From sequence record DRR378314_166: a stretch of 64,000 bases of DNA, one strand, 5' to 3'. Made by a program: the position numbers and the translations under genes. The number at the start of each line of letters is the position of its first letter. Position 1 is the stretch's first letter. Positions 1 through 11,097 of this stretch are shown piece after piece. The notes below the pieces were generated by a model, which saw only the letters and a program-made list of their open reading frames with translations, made no database searches and was not told the DNA's origin.

Positions 1-108
1 GTCGAAGGTGAGGCACCAACGGAACCCCGTCCTAAAGGGGATAAAACCAGCATGACTATGTTGGATAGCGACACTATATTGTCTGGAAACGAGGCTTCCA
101 AAGAATGA
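1..108 (+). CDS. phoU: 3' end of phosphate signalling protein PhoU (partial)
   Basis: Frame +1 reads VEGEAPTEPRPKGDKTS...KE*, resembling the alphaproteobacterial PhoU C-terminal RPKGD motif. Its stop overlaps the phoB ATG (ATGA), matching the usual phoU-phoB order. Confidence 0.7.
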   Translation, partial: VEGEAPTEPRPKGDKTSMTMLDSDTILSGNEASKE

Positions 109-785
109 ATGTATTGATAGTTGAAGACGAACCTTCGATGGTTGAACTCCTCAGATATAATCTGGAGAGCGAAGGTTTTCAGGTCACTTCTGCCTTTGAC
201 GGAGAAGAGGCTATCTTGAGTATTGAAGAACAGAAGCCAGATATGGTTTTGCTGGACTGGATGCTTCCCAAATTATCAGGCATTGAGATTTGCCGCCGTT
301 TACGACGGGATCAGAATTTTCGGAACCTTCCGATCATTATGATTACAGCGCGGGCCGAAGAGACAGACCGGATTCGGGGATTGGATGTTGGCGCAGATGA
401 TTATGTGTCAAAGCCATTTTCACCAGCCGAACTGTTAGCCCGTATTCGCGCAGTCCTGCGGCGTCATAATCCAAATCTGGGACAGGATACAATCACGGTT
501 GCCGATGTCACGCTGGATCTGGTTGCTTATAAGGTCAGTAGAGGAAATCGCGATCTGCATCTGGGTCCGACTGAATTTAAACTGCTGAAATTCTTTATGG
601 AGCGGGCCGGCCGTGTTCTAACGCGGGAGCAGCTTCTGGATGGGGTCTGGGGGCAGGGGGTCTACGTCGAGGACCGGACTGTGGATGTGCATATCCGGCG
701 TCTGAGAAAGGCGCTGAATGACAATGAAGACGTTGACTTGATCCGCACAGTGCGGGCGGTTGGATATTGTTTTGAAAAGGGTTAA
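105..785 (+). CDS. phoB: phosphate regulon response regulator PhoB
   Basis: Receiver domain (VEDE, LLDWMLP) plus OmpR winged helix (LGPTEF, RTVDVHIRRLRKAL), both characteristic of PhoB. Confidence 0.95.
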   Translation: MNVLIVEDEPSMVELLRYNLESEGFQVTSAFDGEEAILSIEEQKPDMVLLDWMLPKLSGIEICRRLRRDQNFRNLPIIMITARAEETDRIRGLDVGADDYVSKPFSPAELLARIRAVLRRHNPNLGQDTITVADVTLDLVAYKVSRGNRDLHLGPTEFKLLKFFMERAGRVLTREQLLDGVWGQGVYVEDRTVDVHIRRLRKALNDNEDVDLIRTVRAVGYCFEKG

Positions 786-797
786 GTCCCTTTTCAA
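772..797. terminator. hairpin overlapping the phoB stop, probable bidirectional terminator
   Basis: TTGAAAAGGG-ttaagt-CCCTTTTCAA, a perfect 10-bp inverted repeat between convergent phoB and mlaC. Confidence 0.55.
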
Positions 798-824
798 CCG
801 CTCCGGGATGTTAGGCTGAGTTTC

Positions 825-1466
825 TTATTTGGACGCATCCGCGATGTGGGAGCGAAGCCTGTCCAGTAAAGCGGAAACCTGACCGCCATTTTGACTGATA
901 ACGCTTGAGAATTCATCCCGGTGTGTAAGGGCCATGCTTACATTTTCGACCATGATGTCGATAATTTTAAGCTCTCCAGATTTGTTCTCACGAACCCGCC
1001 AGTCGAGCTTGATCTTTGGGCCTTTGGGCCGAATGATTTCAGAATTGACGACATATTCTTTTTTGTTCAGCGGCTTCGCCTTCACAATATTCAGGTTTTC
1101 GCCTGAATATTCGCCAATCCGTTTTTGGTAGGTTTTGATGATATAGGTCTGAAACAAATCCTGATATTCAGATTTTTCTTCTGTCGAAGCTTTGCGCCAG
1201 TTTTTGCCAAGGACAAAGCGACTGATGATTTTCATATCAAAGTCGCGTTCAACCAGAAGCTTGAATTTTTCCTGCTTCTTGGCATCCGGCAGTTTGTCGT
1301 CAGAGAGAATTTGGACAGCTTCATTTCCAAGCTTTTCAACCAGTTTTACAGCCTGGGTTTCAGTCTCAGTCGCGGCCGCTGCATAGGAGACAACTGGAGA
1401 AAGGGACGGAAGCGCAGTTAAAACCGCTACACCCACTGCCATAGCCATCAATGTGCGGGACAACAT
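825..1466 (-). CDS. mlaC: phospholipid-binding periplasmic protein MlaC/Ttg2D
   Basis: Signal peptide, then ISRFVLGKNWR, KIIDIMVENVSM and RDEFSSVI motifs. Lies downstream of mlaA. Confidence 0.9.
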   Translation of the reverse strand: MLSRTLMAMAVGVAVLTALPSLSPVVSYAAAATETETQAVKLVEKLGNEAVQILSDDKLPDAKKQEKFKLLVERDFDMKIISRFVLGKNWRKASTEEKSEYQDLFQTYIIKTYQKRIGEYSGENLNIVKAKPLNKKEYVVNSEIIRPKGPKIKLDWRVRENKSGELKIIDIMVENVSMALTHRDEFSSVISQNGGQVSALLDRLRSHIADASK

Positions 1467-1484
1467 TTGCTGCGCTCCTACTGA

Positions 1485-2345
1485 TTAGTTGGAAGTGGTT
1501 GCTGATTGATCTTCAGCAGAATTATCTTCTTCAAACAGAAGCGATACCCGATCAACAGCGGGGTTGTCGTCTTCAAACTCGAATGAAATGTCGGGCAGCG
1601 GTGTTTCCGATGCCTCTCCATCCAAAATCAGGTTTTGCCGATTTTGGCGATAAAGACTGCGGATGGCCGCATAGAAATCGATCGAGTTCTTTTCAATTTC
1701 ATCCAGCTCTTTCAAGGACTGAGCACGGAAATGTACAGCAGTCGCGCCGCCACGATAGAGTGGGAAATTGTGGACGTTATTGCTATGGGCTACCAAATTG
1801 GCCGGATCGATGAAGTGTTCGCCGACCATGCCGACGGCTTCACGTGTGGTATTTGGCCCCAAGATTGGGAGCACTAAATATGGACCTTCACCGGCGCCCC
1901 AGACAGCGAAAGTCTGACCGAGGTCTTCTTCGTCAGTGTCGATTTGTGCGACATCAAACAGTCCACCAAATCCAAGTAGCGTATTTGTGAAAAACGCGCC
2001 CATATTGTCGCCGGCGCCATCAAGGTCACCCTGGGCGACATTGTTCAGAAAATAAATCGGCTGAGACAGGTTTGTCAGGAAATTGCCAACGCTGTCCTGA
2101 ACCTTATCAGGCAGGGCTTCGCTGTAGATGTGAGCAACAGGCTTTAGCGCCAGCTCATCCAGGGCCTTGTTGACGTCATGGAAGTATCTGTTCAGAGGTT
2201 CAATGGGATCATTCACTTCGGCGTTCATAACCCGGGCTGTGTTGTCGCCCTCTGCAGGCGGGGTCGCGCAGGCACTCAAAAGGCCAATCATCGCAACCGC
2301 TACATATCCGTTCAACAACTTTGACTGGAACAATTTTGAAATCAT
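1485..2345 (-). CDS. mlaA: outer-membrane lipoprotein MlaA/VacJ
   Basis: Lipobox LSAC; DPIEPLNR, GFGGLFDVA, EDLGQT and GPYLVLPILGP motifs. Confidence 0.93.
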   Translation of the reverse strand: MISKLFQSKLLNGYVAVAMIGLLSACATPPAEGDNTARVMNAEVNDPIEPLNRYFHDVNKALDELALKPVAHIYSEALPDKVQDSVGNFLTNLSQPIYFLNNVAQGDLDGAGDNMGAFFTNTLLGFGGLFDVAQIDTDEEDLGQTFAVWGAGEGPYLVLPILGPNTTREAVGMVGEHFIDPANLVAHSNNVHNFPLYRGGATAVHFRAQSLKELDEIEKNSIDFYAAIRSLYRQNRQNLILDGEASETPLPDISFEFEDDNPAVDRVSLLFEEDNSAEDQSATTSN

Positions 2346-2588
2346 ATCAATACCAAGCTCTTATTTTGACCCGTACGAATCCACTGTACCCTTACATAGT
2401 ATTCTTACCGAAGTCTTTATTTTGTGCCAAAAACTACTCGCACTTAATACCCCTATCCATATGAATTACATATCGGATAATCGGGATTTCATACCATAGC
2501 CACTAAAAGCTGACCAGTAACAGAATTTTGTCAGTTGCGCTTTGCCTGTCGGTGTTGCCAAAAAGTCGCGAAATAAAACTGTACAAAG

Positions 2589-2608
2589 ATATAAATATAT
2601 GTTTATAT
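2589..2608. promoter_or_regulatory. SahR-type operator palindrome
   Basis: ATATAAA-tatatg-TTTATAT, a 20-bp palindrome 33 bp upstream of the ArsR/methyltransferase start. It resembles the SahR motif as I recall it for methionine-cycle operons. Confidence 0.65.
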
Positions 2609-2641
2609 GATGTTAATGTGTGGATTTGGGTTGGCGTGGAA

Positions 2642-3586
2642 ATGGAACAGTTACTTCAAGGATTAAGGGCAGCGGGGGAGGAGACGCGATTGCGTCTTCT
2701 GGTGCTTTGCGGCCATGCTGAATTGACTGTAAGTGAGATTATTCAGATCCTTGGCCAAAGCCAGCCGCGTGTTTCCCGGCACTTAAAGCTACTTTGTGAT
2801 GCGGGCCTTTTAGATCGGTTTCAGGAGGGCAGCTGGGTGTTCTACCGTTTGGCTGCAAAGGGGGATAACGCCCATCTTGCCCGCCATCTGGTGGATCTGA
2901 CACGGGAAAATGATCCAGTGATTGCCACGGATCTGGAACGTCTGGATGCGGTTCGCAAAACCCGCCAGGATGTTGCATTTGCCTATTTCCGAAAGAACGC
3001 CTCCCGCTGGAACGAGATCCGTTCTTTGCATGTGGATGAAGCAGAGGTTGAAGCCAGATTGGTGAAATTGCTGCAGGATTATAAACAGCGCTATTCTAAA
3101 GAGATTACAGATTTTCTGGATATCGGAACGGGAACCGGCCGCATTCTTGAGCTTATGAATTCCGAAGTGACCTATGCCGTTGGTGTTGATAACAGTCGGG
3201 AAATGCTGGGTTATGCCCGTGCTGCCATTGAAGAAAAAGGTCTGCGGAACTGTCAGATTCGTCAAGGCGATATGTATACGCTTCCCTTTGGCAGTGACAG
3301 CCAGGACGTGGTGGTTATTCATCAGGTGCTGCATTATGCCGATCGGCCCAAGGATGTGCTTCAGGAAGCGCGCAGGGTCATGCGCCCGGGTGCCTTGATG
3401 GTGATTGTGGATTTTGCCCCCCATAGTGTCAAATCCTTGCAGGAAGAGCATGCGCATCAGCAGATGGGGTTTGACGCCAAAGCGATCGAGCGAATGTGCA
3501 GCACCATCGGTTTTCAGAATATATCCACGGAAACACTGACCGGGGATCCCTTGACAGTTAATATCTGGTCGGCAGAAGCCGTCTAA
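2642..3586 (+). CDS. sahR: ArsR HTH + SAM-methyltransferase-domain regulator (SahR type)
   Basis: ArsR HTH (SQPRVSRHLKLL) fused to a methyltransferase fold (LDIGTGTG). First gene before metF-metH. Start moved to ATG 2642. Confidence 0.8.
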   Translation: MEQLLQGLRAAGEETRLRLLVLCGHAELTVSEIIQILGQSQPRVSRHLKLLCDAGLLDRFQEGSWVFYRLAAKGDNAHLARHLVDLTRENDPVIATDLERLDAVRKTRQDVAFAYFRKNASRWNEIRSLHVDEAEVEARLVKLLQDYKQRYSKEITDFLDIGTGTGRILELMNSEVTYAVGVDNSREMLGYARAAIEEKGLRNCQIRQGDMYTLPFGSDSQDVVVIHQVLHYADRPKDVLQEARRVMRPGALMVIVDFAPHSVKSLQEEHAHQQMGFDAKAIERMCSTIGFQNISTETLTGDPLTVNIWSAEAV

Positions 3587-3610
3587 ATTTCCGAATTTGA
3601 GGAGTATAAA

Positions 3611-4537
3611 ATGTCCCCCAAGATCGAAGCCCTGAACGAACATATCGCTCATGGTTCACTCGACATCGGAGGCCAATCGCAGCTTCGTGTTTCGTTCGAG
3701 TTTTTTCCGCCCAAAACGGAAAAGATGGAAGAAACACTTTGGCAGACTGTCAAAAGGCTGGAGCCGCTGGATCCCTCTTTTGTGTCTGTGACTTATGGGG
3801 CTGGTGGCACCACGCGTGAGCGTACCCATGATGCGGTGTCACGGATTCGCAAGGAAACCAAATTGAAGCCTGCTGCGCATTTAACCTGTGTCGGGGCGTC
3901 GGTTGCCGAGATTGAAGAAATAGCCAATTCCTATTGGGAAAGCGGTGTGAAGCATATCGTGGCCTTGCGGGGGGATCCCCCCGATGGGGAAAGCGGGTTT
4001 AATCCACGCAAAGACGGGTTCGCCGGATCGGTCGAATTGATTAGCCATTTGCGCAAAATGCATGATTTTGAAATCAGTGTCGGTTGCTATCCGGAAATTC
4101 ATCCGGACGCGGCCTCCAGCCTGGCCGATCTGGATTATCTGAAACGTAAAGTGGATGCAGGTGCGACGCGTGCGTTGACCCAGTTTTTCTTCGATCCGGA
4201 AACGTATCTTCGGTTTCTTGACAGGGCGAGAGCCCATGGGATTAATATTCCGATCAGTCCCGGAATTTTGCCGGTGACCAGCTATTCCAATATCAAGAAA
4301 TTCAGCGCACAATGCGGTATGCAGGTTCCGGCCTGGCTGACCCATCTGTTCGAAGGGCTGGAAGATGATGCGCCAACCCGAAAACTGGTGGCGTCCATGG
4401 TCGCCTCCGAGCAGTGCCGTATCTTGCAAAAAGCGGGGGTGACGGATTTTCATTTCTATACGTTAAACCGCGCAGATCTGGTCTATGCGGTCTGTCATTC
4501 CATGGGGGTTCGCCCGCAACTTGGAAATAGCGCATAG
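3611..4537 (+). CDS. metF: 5,10-methylenetetrahydrofolate reductase
   Basis: SFEFFPPK, VSVTYGAGG, AHLTC, ALRGDPP, TQFFFD and FHFYTLNR motifs. Confidence 0.97.
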   Translation: MSPKIEALNEHIAHGSLDIGGQSQLRVSFEFFPPKTEKMEETLWQTVKRLEPLDPSFVSVTYGAGGTTRERTHDAVSRIRKETKLKPAAHLTCVGASVAEIEEIANSYWESGVKHIVALRGDPPDGESGFNPRKDGFAGSVELISHLRKMHDFEISVGCYPEIHPDAASSLADLDYLKRKVDAGATRALTQFFFDPETYLRFLDRARAHGINIPISPGILPVTSYSNIKKFSAQCGMQVPAWLTHLFEGLEDDAPTRKLVASMVASEQCRILQKAGVTDFHFYTLNRADLVYAVCHSMGVRPQLGNSA

Positions 4538-4584
4538 TTTTCTTATTTTAACTGTAACGAAATCCCAAACTTGGTGCCGACATT

Positions 4585-7500
4585 ATGAAAAAATCTGCAA
4601 CATTCTCACAGATTGAAGCTGCCCTGAAAGATCGAATTCTGGTTCTGGATGGAGCTATGGGAACGATGATCCAGTCGTTCAGTCTGACGGAGGAGGATTA
4701 CCGGGGGCAGGATTTCAAGGACAGTGCGATTGACCTGAAGGGCAATAGTGACCTGTTAAGCCTGACACGGCCGGATGTGATTGAAAATATCCATGACCAG
4801 TTCCTTGAAGCCGGGACTGATATTGTGGAAACAAACACATTTAGCGGAACCTCCATCGCCCAGGCTGACTATCAGCTGGAAAATCAGGTTTACCGGTTGA
4901 ATAAAGCAAGTGCCGAGCTTGCCCGGAAAGCGGCGGATAAATGGACGCAGAAAACGCCAGAGAAGCCACGTTTTGTTGCCGGAGTGTTAGGTCCAACCAA
5001 CCGTACAGCGTCAATATCACCAGATGTGAACGATCCGGGGTTTCGGAATATCACATTCGATCAACTGGTTGCAGCCTATGATGAAAACCTGCGGGGCCTG
5101 ATCGATGGCGGCGCGGATATCATCCTTATCGAAACTGTATTTGATACCCTCAACTGTAAAGCCGCGATATACGCAGTGTTGAAGTATTTTGACGAAACGG
5201 GTGTTCGGTATCCGGTTATGGTCTCCGGGACAATCACAGATGCATCCGGCCGGACTTTGTCGGGGCAAACCGCTGAGGCCTTCTGGGTTTCCGTCTCCCA
5301 TGTCGATCCTATTTCCATCGGATTTAACTGTGCCCTGGGCGCAGAGGATTTGCGGCCCCATGTTCAGGCGGTTGGCGCAATTGCAGATACCGGGGTTAGT
5401 GTTCACCCCAATGCCGGTCTTCCCAATGAGCTTGGGGAATATGATGACACACCGGAATATATGGCCAAGATCCTTGGCGATTTTGCTGAAGATGGCTTGC
5501 TGAATATTGTCGGTGGTTGCTGCGGGACACGGCCCCAGCATATCAAGGCAATTGCCGAAGCCGTGGCCAGCAAGAAACCCCGCAAAGTGTTGGCTAAAGA
5601 TACCCTTTGCCGGTTAAGCGGATTGGAGCCGCTTTATCTGGATAAGACGGTTGGTTTTGTGAATGTGGGCGAGCGAACAAATGTTGCCGGATCCGCCCGG
5701 TTTAAAAAGCTCATCATGAATAGCGAGTTTGATACCGCGCTTGAGGTTGCCCGAAGCCAGGTGGAAAATGGCGCCCAGATCATCGATGTCAATATGGATG
5801 ATGCGATGCTGGATGCGGTTACTGCAATGCCGAACTTCTTGAAACTTGTGGCCACTGAGCCCGATATTTGCCGTGTTCCCACCATGATCGACAGTTCCAA
5901 ATGGACCGTGATCGAGGAGGGATTGAAGACCTCTCAGGGCAAGTGCGTTGTGAATTCCATCTCCTTGAAAGAGGGGAAAGACGAATTTGTGAAATCTGCG
6001 CGGGAAGTTCGCCGGTATGGGGCGGCTGTTATTGTCATGGCCTTTGATGAAGACGGGCAGGCAGATAACAAGGACCGGATGATTGAGATCTGCGAGAAAT
6101 CATACAAAATCTTGACGGAAGAGGTCGGATTTCCGCCGCAGGATATCATTTTTGATCCCAACATCTTTCCCATTGCCACGGGTATTGATGAACATCGGAA
6201 TTTCTCCAACGATTATATCGAGGCGACGCAGTACATCAAAAAGAACCTGCCGTACGCCAAAGTCAGTGGCGGCGTGAGTAACATGTCTTTTTCCCTTCGG
6301 GGGAATAATGCAATGCGCGAAGCCATGCATGCCGTATTTCTATATCATGCGGTGAAGGCCGGGATGGATATGGGGATCGTCAATGCAGGGCAATTGGCTG
6401 TTTATTCGGACGTGCCGGAAAATATTCGCGAGCGTATCGAGGATGCGGTTCTGAATACCCGCGAAGATGCCACGGATCGATTGTTGGAAGTTGCAGAGGA
6501 TGCGGTTGAACAGCAAACCGGCAAAGCCCAGGATGATAGCTGGCGTGAGAAAAGCGTTGCCGAGCGGATTGCCCATTCGCTGGTTAAAGGGATCACTGAT
6601 TTTATCGTAGCGGATACCGAAGAAGCACGACAGCAATTTGCACGTCCCATCCAGGTGATCGAAGGTCCTTTGATGGATGGGATGAATATTGTCGGTGATT
6701 TGTTTGGATCTGGCAAAATGTTCCTGCCGCAGGTTGTAAAAAGCGCCCGCGTGATGAAGCAGGCTGTTGCTTATCTTCTGCCCTATATCGAAGCGGAAAA
6801 AGGAGAAACCGGAGAGAGCGATACCAAGGGCAAAATTCTGTTGGCAACGGTGAAGGGGGACGTGCACGATATCGGCAAAAATATTGTTGGTGTTGTTCTT
6901 CAATGTAACAACTACGAGGTTATCGACCTGGGTGTCATGGTGCCTTACAGCAAGATCCTGGAAACGGCAAAAGCCGAGAATGTGGATATTATCGGTCTGA
7001 GCGGGCTTATCACACCGTCGCTTGAAGAAATGGCAACAGTCGCCGCTGAGATGCAGCGGGGCGAGTTTCAAACACCCTTGTTAATTGGCGGTGCGACAAC
7101 GTCAAAAGTTCATACGGCTTTGAAAATTGCACCTAACTACAAGGGGTCCACTGTCTATGTGACTGACGCGTCGCGGGCCGTTGGCGTGGCGTCAAATCTG
7201 ATTAGTAAAGAGCTGCGTGGGAAGTTTGTCGATGATATCAAAAGCGAATATGAAATCGTTCGGGAGAATTACTACAAAAAAGCCCGTCCCGATGCGCAAG
7301 CCAGTTTGCAGCAGGCCCGCGAAAATGCAGCGAATATTGACTGGTCCGGTTACGAGCCGAAAAAGCCCAGTTTCACAGGTGTTCGCCAATTTGATGAGAT
7401 CGATCCGGAGACAGTTCTTCCGTATTTCGACTGGTCGCCTTTTTTCCGGACCTGGGAATTGGCAGGCCATTTCCCCAAGATCCTTGAGGATGAAGTGATC

Positions 7501-8280
7501 GGTGAAACGGCAACGGAACTGTATAACGACGCCCAGGCCATGTTGCAGAAGATTATCAAGGAGAAATGGTTGTCGATTAAAGCTGTTGTTGGCTTTTTCT
7601 CAGCGGCAAGTGATGGTGATGATGTTGTGCTCTATACCGACGAAAGTCGATCGGAAGAGCTGCACCGCTATCATTTTCTGCGGCAGCAGATGAACCGCTC
7701 CAACTCTCGGGCAAATTTCTGCCTGTCAGATTTTGTAGCGCCTAAGGCGACCAAGATCCCGGATTACCTGGGTAGTTTCATGGTGACCGGAGGTCTGGGG
7801 ATCGAAGGTAAGCTTGAAGAGTTTGATAAGACCCATGACGATTACAGCAGTATTCTTTTGAAGGCGCTGGCGGATCGATTTGCTGAAGCCACAGCCGAAT
7901 ATATGCACGAACAGGTTCGAAAAGAGCTGTGGGGATATGCGTCTGATGAGCAATTGGAGAACAGCCAGTTGATCAAGGAGCAATATCAAGGAATTCGGCC
8001 AGCACCCGGATATCCCGCTTGTCCAGATCATTCAGAAAAGGTTGGTTTGTTCGAGCTTTTGGATATTGAAAACCGGATCGGTGCGCAATTGACCGAAGGT
8101 TTTGCAATGCTGCCCGCATCGTCCGTCTCGGGTTATTATTTTGCCCATCCCGAGGCCCGTTATTTTGGCGTGGGTAAAGTCTCCAAGGATCAAGTTGAAG
8201 ACTACGCCGCGCGCAAAAATGTGAGCGTGGAGCAGGCGGAGCGCTGGCTTGCGTCAAATCTTGGATATGACAGAAGCTGA
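4585..8280 (+). CDS. metH: cobalamin-dependent methionine synthase (full length)
   Basis: [23 protein letters not shown]12-binding GDVHDIGKN and activation-domain [14 protein letters not shown] motifs. Confidence 0.98.
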   Translation: MKKSATFSQIEAALKDRILVLDGAMGTMIQSFSLTEEDYRGQDFKDSAIDLKGNSDLLSLTRPDVIENIHDQFLEAGTDIVETNTFSGTSIAQADYQLENQVYRLNKASAELARKAADKWTQKTPEKPRFVAGVLGPTNRTASISPDVNDPGFRNITFDQLVAAYDENLRGLIDGGADIILIETVFDTLNCKAAIYAVLKYFDETGVRYPVMVSGTITDASGRTLSGQTAEAFWVSVSHVDPISIGFNCALGAEDLRPHVQAVGAIADTGVSVHPNAGLPNELGEYDDTPEYMAKILGDFAEDGLLNIVGGCCGTRPQHIKAIAEAVASKKPRKVLAKDTLCRLSGLEPLYLDKTVGFVNVGERTNVAGSARFKKLIMNSEFDTALEVARSQVENGAQIIDVNMDDAMLDAVTAMPNFLKLVATEPDICRVPTMIDSSKWTVIEEGLKTSQGKCVVNSISLKEGKDEFVKSAREVRRYGAAVIVMAFDEDGQADNKDRMIEICEKSYKILTEEVGFPPQDIIFDPNIFPIATGIDEHRNFSNDYIEATQYIKKNLPYAKVSGGVSNMSFSLRGNNAMREAMHAVFLYHAVKAGMDMGIVNAGQLAVYSDVPENIRERIEDAVLNTREDATDRLLEVAEDAVEQQTGKAQDDSWREKSVAERIAHSLVKGITDFIVADTEEARQQFARPIQVIEGPLMDGMNIVGDLFGSGKMFLPQVVKSARVMKQAVAYLLPYIEAEKGETGESDTKGKILLATVKGDVHDIGKNIVGVVLQCNNYEVIDLGVMVPYSKILETAKAENVDIIGLSGLITPSLEEMATVAAEMQRGEFQTPLLIGGATTSKVHTALKIAPNYKGSTVYVTDASRAVGVASNLISKELRGKFVDDIKSEYEIVRENYYKKARPDAQASLQQARENAANIDWSGYEPKKPSFTGVRQFDEIDPETVLPYFDWSPFFRTWELAGHFPKILEDEVIGETATELYNDAQAMLQKIIKEKWLSIKAVVGFFSAASDGDDVVLYTDESRSEELHRYHFLRQQMNRSNSRANFCLSDFVAPKATKIPDYLGSFMVTGGLGIEGKLEEFDKTHDDYSSILLKALADRFAEATAEYMHEQVRKELWGYASDEQLENSQLIKEQYQGIRPAPGYPACPDHSEKVGLFELLDIENRIGAQLTEGFAMLPASSVSGYYFAHPEARYFGVGKVSKDQVEDYAARKNVSVEQAERWLASNLGYDRS

Positions 8281-8342
8281 CGCGAACGTGATTTCACCCT
8301 TGGGGCATTTTCTGTAATTCTGGATCCGTTCAGACCGGAGTT

Positions 8343-8798
8343 ATGCAAATGCCCCTTCGAATTTTAATCCTTGTTGCCGCAATGATGATCGCAACGCCCG
8401 TGCTGGCGTTTGAGGAGATCAACACGGGGTACTTTGATGATACCGCGTTGCACGGGCAAGATGCGACCGGCTATTTTCAAGCCGGTGAGCAAAGGGAGGG
8501 TGTTCACTCTTTTCAGTTTCGCTGGAAAGGGGCGGATTGGTATTTTGCTGATCAAACGAGCCGGGATCAGTTTGCGGCAAGACCAGATCATTTCGCCCCC
8601 CAATTCGGAGGCTACTGCTCTAATCAAATGAGCCTTGGAAATCTTGCGGATATTGATCCTGGTATATGGCTTATCCATGGCGGAAAGCTGTATTTTTTTG
8701 GCCATCAGGCTGGCAAGGACAGATGGCAGCGAACCGGCATTGCCGCCCGGATTGACGATGCAAACCGGCATTGGTCTACCTATCTTTCTAAAAAATAA
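8343..8798 (+). CDS. secreted YHS-domain protein
   Basis: Signal peptide; G.D..GYF, W.F, P..FAPQFGGYC and GKLY motifs of the periplasmic YHS family. Confidence 0.75.
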   Translation: MQMPLRILILVAAMMIATPVLAFEEINTGYFDDTALHGQDATGYFQAGEQREGVHSFQFRWKGADWYFADQTSRDQFAARPDHFAPQFGGYCSNQMSLGNLADIDPGIWLIHGGKLYFFGHQAGKDRWQRTGIAARIDDANRHWSTYLSKK

Positions 8799-8866
8799 GG
8801 TCCTGACCTTGCCCTCTATCGATGATCTGACTAGGCTTGCAGCCAATCAAATTTAAGGGGTGTCAA

Positions 8867-9799
8867 ATGCAGTTTATTTCATTTGAAGAGGCAGATTCCA
8901 AGTTATCCTGGACAGAAACAGCGGATGCGCTGGAGGGTGGACATAAGCTGTCCAAAGCCGAAATCGGCGATCTGTTACTGACAAAAGCCGATCGCAGTTT
9001 GCTGTCGCGTGGGGCCTGGATCGAGGGACTGGGGATTGCGCTGAAATCTGTCACTGTGTTTCCAGAGAATGCGTCAAAAGTACCGTCCATTCCGTCAGTA
9101 CAAGGGGCAATGTTGATTTTTGACGGTGATGACGGTCATTTGAAATCTGTTGTTGATGGCCCCCTGGTGACCAAATGGAAAACAGCAGGGGACAGTGTGC
9201 TGGGAGCGCGGATTTTGGCCCGCCCGGATGCTCGATCCTATCTTGTAATTGGAGCTGGAACCGTTGCCAAATCGTTGCTGGCTGCATATCGGGAGATTTT
9301 TCCCTCCCTCGAGCAATTTACAATTTGGAACAGAACGCCTGAAAAAGCAGCGGCATTGGTTGAAGAAATGGGGAAAGAAGGTTTCTCAGTTCAGGTTGCC
9401 ACTGACTTGCAAGCGGCTGTTGGTGAGGCTGATATTATTTCTACGGCGACAATGAGCAAAACACCGGTGCTGAAAGGGGCGTGGGTTCAGCCCGGAACGC
9501 ATGTGGATTTGATCGGTGCTTACCGTCCGGATATGCGCGAAGCGGATAATGAGCTGTTGCAGAAGGGGCGGCTATTTGTGGATGCCCGCGAGACCACAAT
9601 TGGCGAGATTGGGGAGCTGATTATTCCCATGTCAGAAAATGCACTGTCGGAAGTGGATGTTCTGGGGGATTTCTCCGATCTTTGCAACGGCGCTGTTGGG
9701 CGCCAAACAGATGAGGATATAACCGTCTTTAAAAACGGAGGCGGTGCGCATCTGGACTTAATGACCGGCGCAATGATTGTCACCAAAATTGGCGGTTAA
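8867..9799 (+). CDS. ornithine cyclodeaminase/mu-crystallin family protein (imine reductase-like)
   Basis: K.VTVFP.N, T.WKTA.DS, GAGTVA, HVDLIGAY...MRE.D and ITVFKNGG motifs. Start moved to ATG 8867. Confidence 0.85.
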   Translation: MQFISFEEADSKLSWTETADALEGGHKLSKAEIGDLLLTKADRSLLSRGAWIEGLGIALKSVTVFPENASKVPSIPSVQGAMLIFDGDDGHLKSVVDGPLVTKWKTAGDSVLGARILARPDARSYLVIGAGTVAKSLLAAYREIFPSLEQFTIWNRTPEKAAALVEEMGKEGFSVQVATDLQAAVGEADIISTATMSKTPVLKGAWVQPGTHVDLIGAYRPDMREADNELLQKGRLFVDARETTIGEIGELIIPMSENALSEVDVLGDFSDLCNGAVGRQTDEDITVFKNGGGAHLDLMTGAMIVTKIGG

Positions 9800-10956
9800 A
9801 CGGGGTGAAAAACGGCTTGAGGGTCCTTAATGCCTTTCAGTTCAAACATACCCAGTTTCTCAGATTTGATAGTCAGGCTATTGGCAAAGGTTTCTGAATA
9901 GAGTAGGTCCTGTTCTTCAACTTTGGTCAAGGCCTCAATCCGGGCGGCCAGGTTGACAGCATTTCCGATTATGGTGAAATCGAGACGATCAGCGCTTCCT
10001 ATATTTCCGTATTTGGCTTCCCCGAAATGCAGGCCAATTCCGAATTTAAGAGCGCTAAAATTTTGGGGATCACTTGCATGGAGGTCTTCCATTTTTTTCA
10101 ATGCCACTTGCGCCGCTTCAAAGGCGTTTTCGCATACCTTTTCACGGGATTTGTGTTTAGTCGTTGGAAAGACGGCCAGCACTGCATCTCCGATAAATTT
10201 CAAGATTTCGCCGTCATGGGAGGTAATGCTGTCCCCAAGGATCTGGAAATAAGTGTTGAGTAGTGTCAGCATTGCAGTTTCTTCAAGACTACTACTCAAT
10301 GCGGTAAAGTTTCTCAAGTCGCAGAACCAGATCGCGGCTTCAATCTTTTCCCCGTCACCGCGTTGAATTTGCCCTTCCAGGATACGCTTTCCCGACCGGT
10401 GTCCTAGATAGGTATCCAGCAACGTGACGGCCACTTTGCGGGTGGCATGGCTTTCGATGATCGGGGCAATATAATAGGAGAGCTTTTCAAGGAAAATGAC
10501 CGCTTCATCAGAAAAGCCGTCTTTATGATCGGTGACGAAAGTGATGACAGGGATGGAGCTGTCAGTGAATTTCATGGGCACCATCAGATAATCAATCAAG
10601 CCGTCTTCAGCTTGCTCAAAAAGGACACGATGGTCTGTTGCGGGGTCCAGTCTATCCAAACGGCGGCGAAAGGGTTTCTGGTTTTTATGAACCCATTCAG
10701 AGGGGCTACCATAATAGCTGGAGCTTTGGCGGATACCGTGTTGACCACCCCATTCTATGGTTTTACCGTCTTCCTTGTTCCAGATATAAGCCCAGATATC
10801 TAAGAGGGGATGTATGGTTTTAAATCCGATCCGTAGGCGACTGACAGGGATATGACTTTCATTCAGCTTCAGGCACAGCTTATCAATAAATTTGAGGGCG
10901 TCCTTCTCCAGCCGTCCTTCAACCATCATCCAGTCTATAATCTGATCAAATTGCAT
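9796..10956 (-). CDS. soluble class III adenylate/guanylate cyclase
   Basis: FCDLRNFT, LKFIGDAVL, GIGLHFG, YGNIGS..RLDFTIIG.AVNLAARIE. The Lys/Asp pair suggests ATP specificity. Confidence 0.88.
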   Translation of the reverse strand: MQFDQIIDWMMVEGRLEKDALKFIDKLCLKLNESHIPVSRLRIGFKTIHPLLDIWAYIWNKEDGKTIEWGGQHGIRQSSSYYGSPSEWVHKNQKPFRRRLDRLDPATDHRVLFEQAEDGLIDYLMVPMKFTDSSIPVITFVTDHKDGFSDEAVIFLEKLSYYIAPIIESHATRKVAVTLLDTYLGHRSGKRILEGQIQRGDGEKIEAAIWFCDLRNFTALSSSLEETAMLTLLNTYFQILGDSITSHDGEILKFIGDAVLAVFPTTKHKSREKVCENAFEAAQVALKKMEDLHASDPQNFSALKFGIGLHFGEAKYGNIGSADRLDFTIIGNAVNLAARIEALTKVEEQDLLYSETFANSLTIKSEKLGMFELKGIKDPQAVFHPV

Positions 10957-11097
10957 TCTTTTATATTTATTAACGACTTACCGATAAGAACTTATCTTTA
11001 AATGGAAATAAATTGATTGTACTCTGCGGGAATAGAGTTTGAACAGATATTTCTAATATCGTTCGTGCAAAAACAGTTCGAGATTTGGGGAAAAACA

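Noticed and set aside
8343-8798. Possible selenoprotein (some YHS-family members use Sec)
   Set aside because: The GGYC position is an ordinary TGC Cys codon and the ORF has no in-frame TGA.
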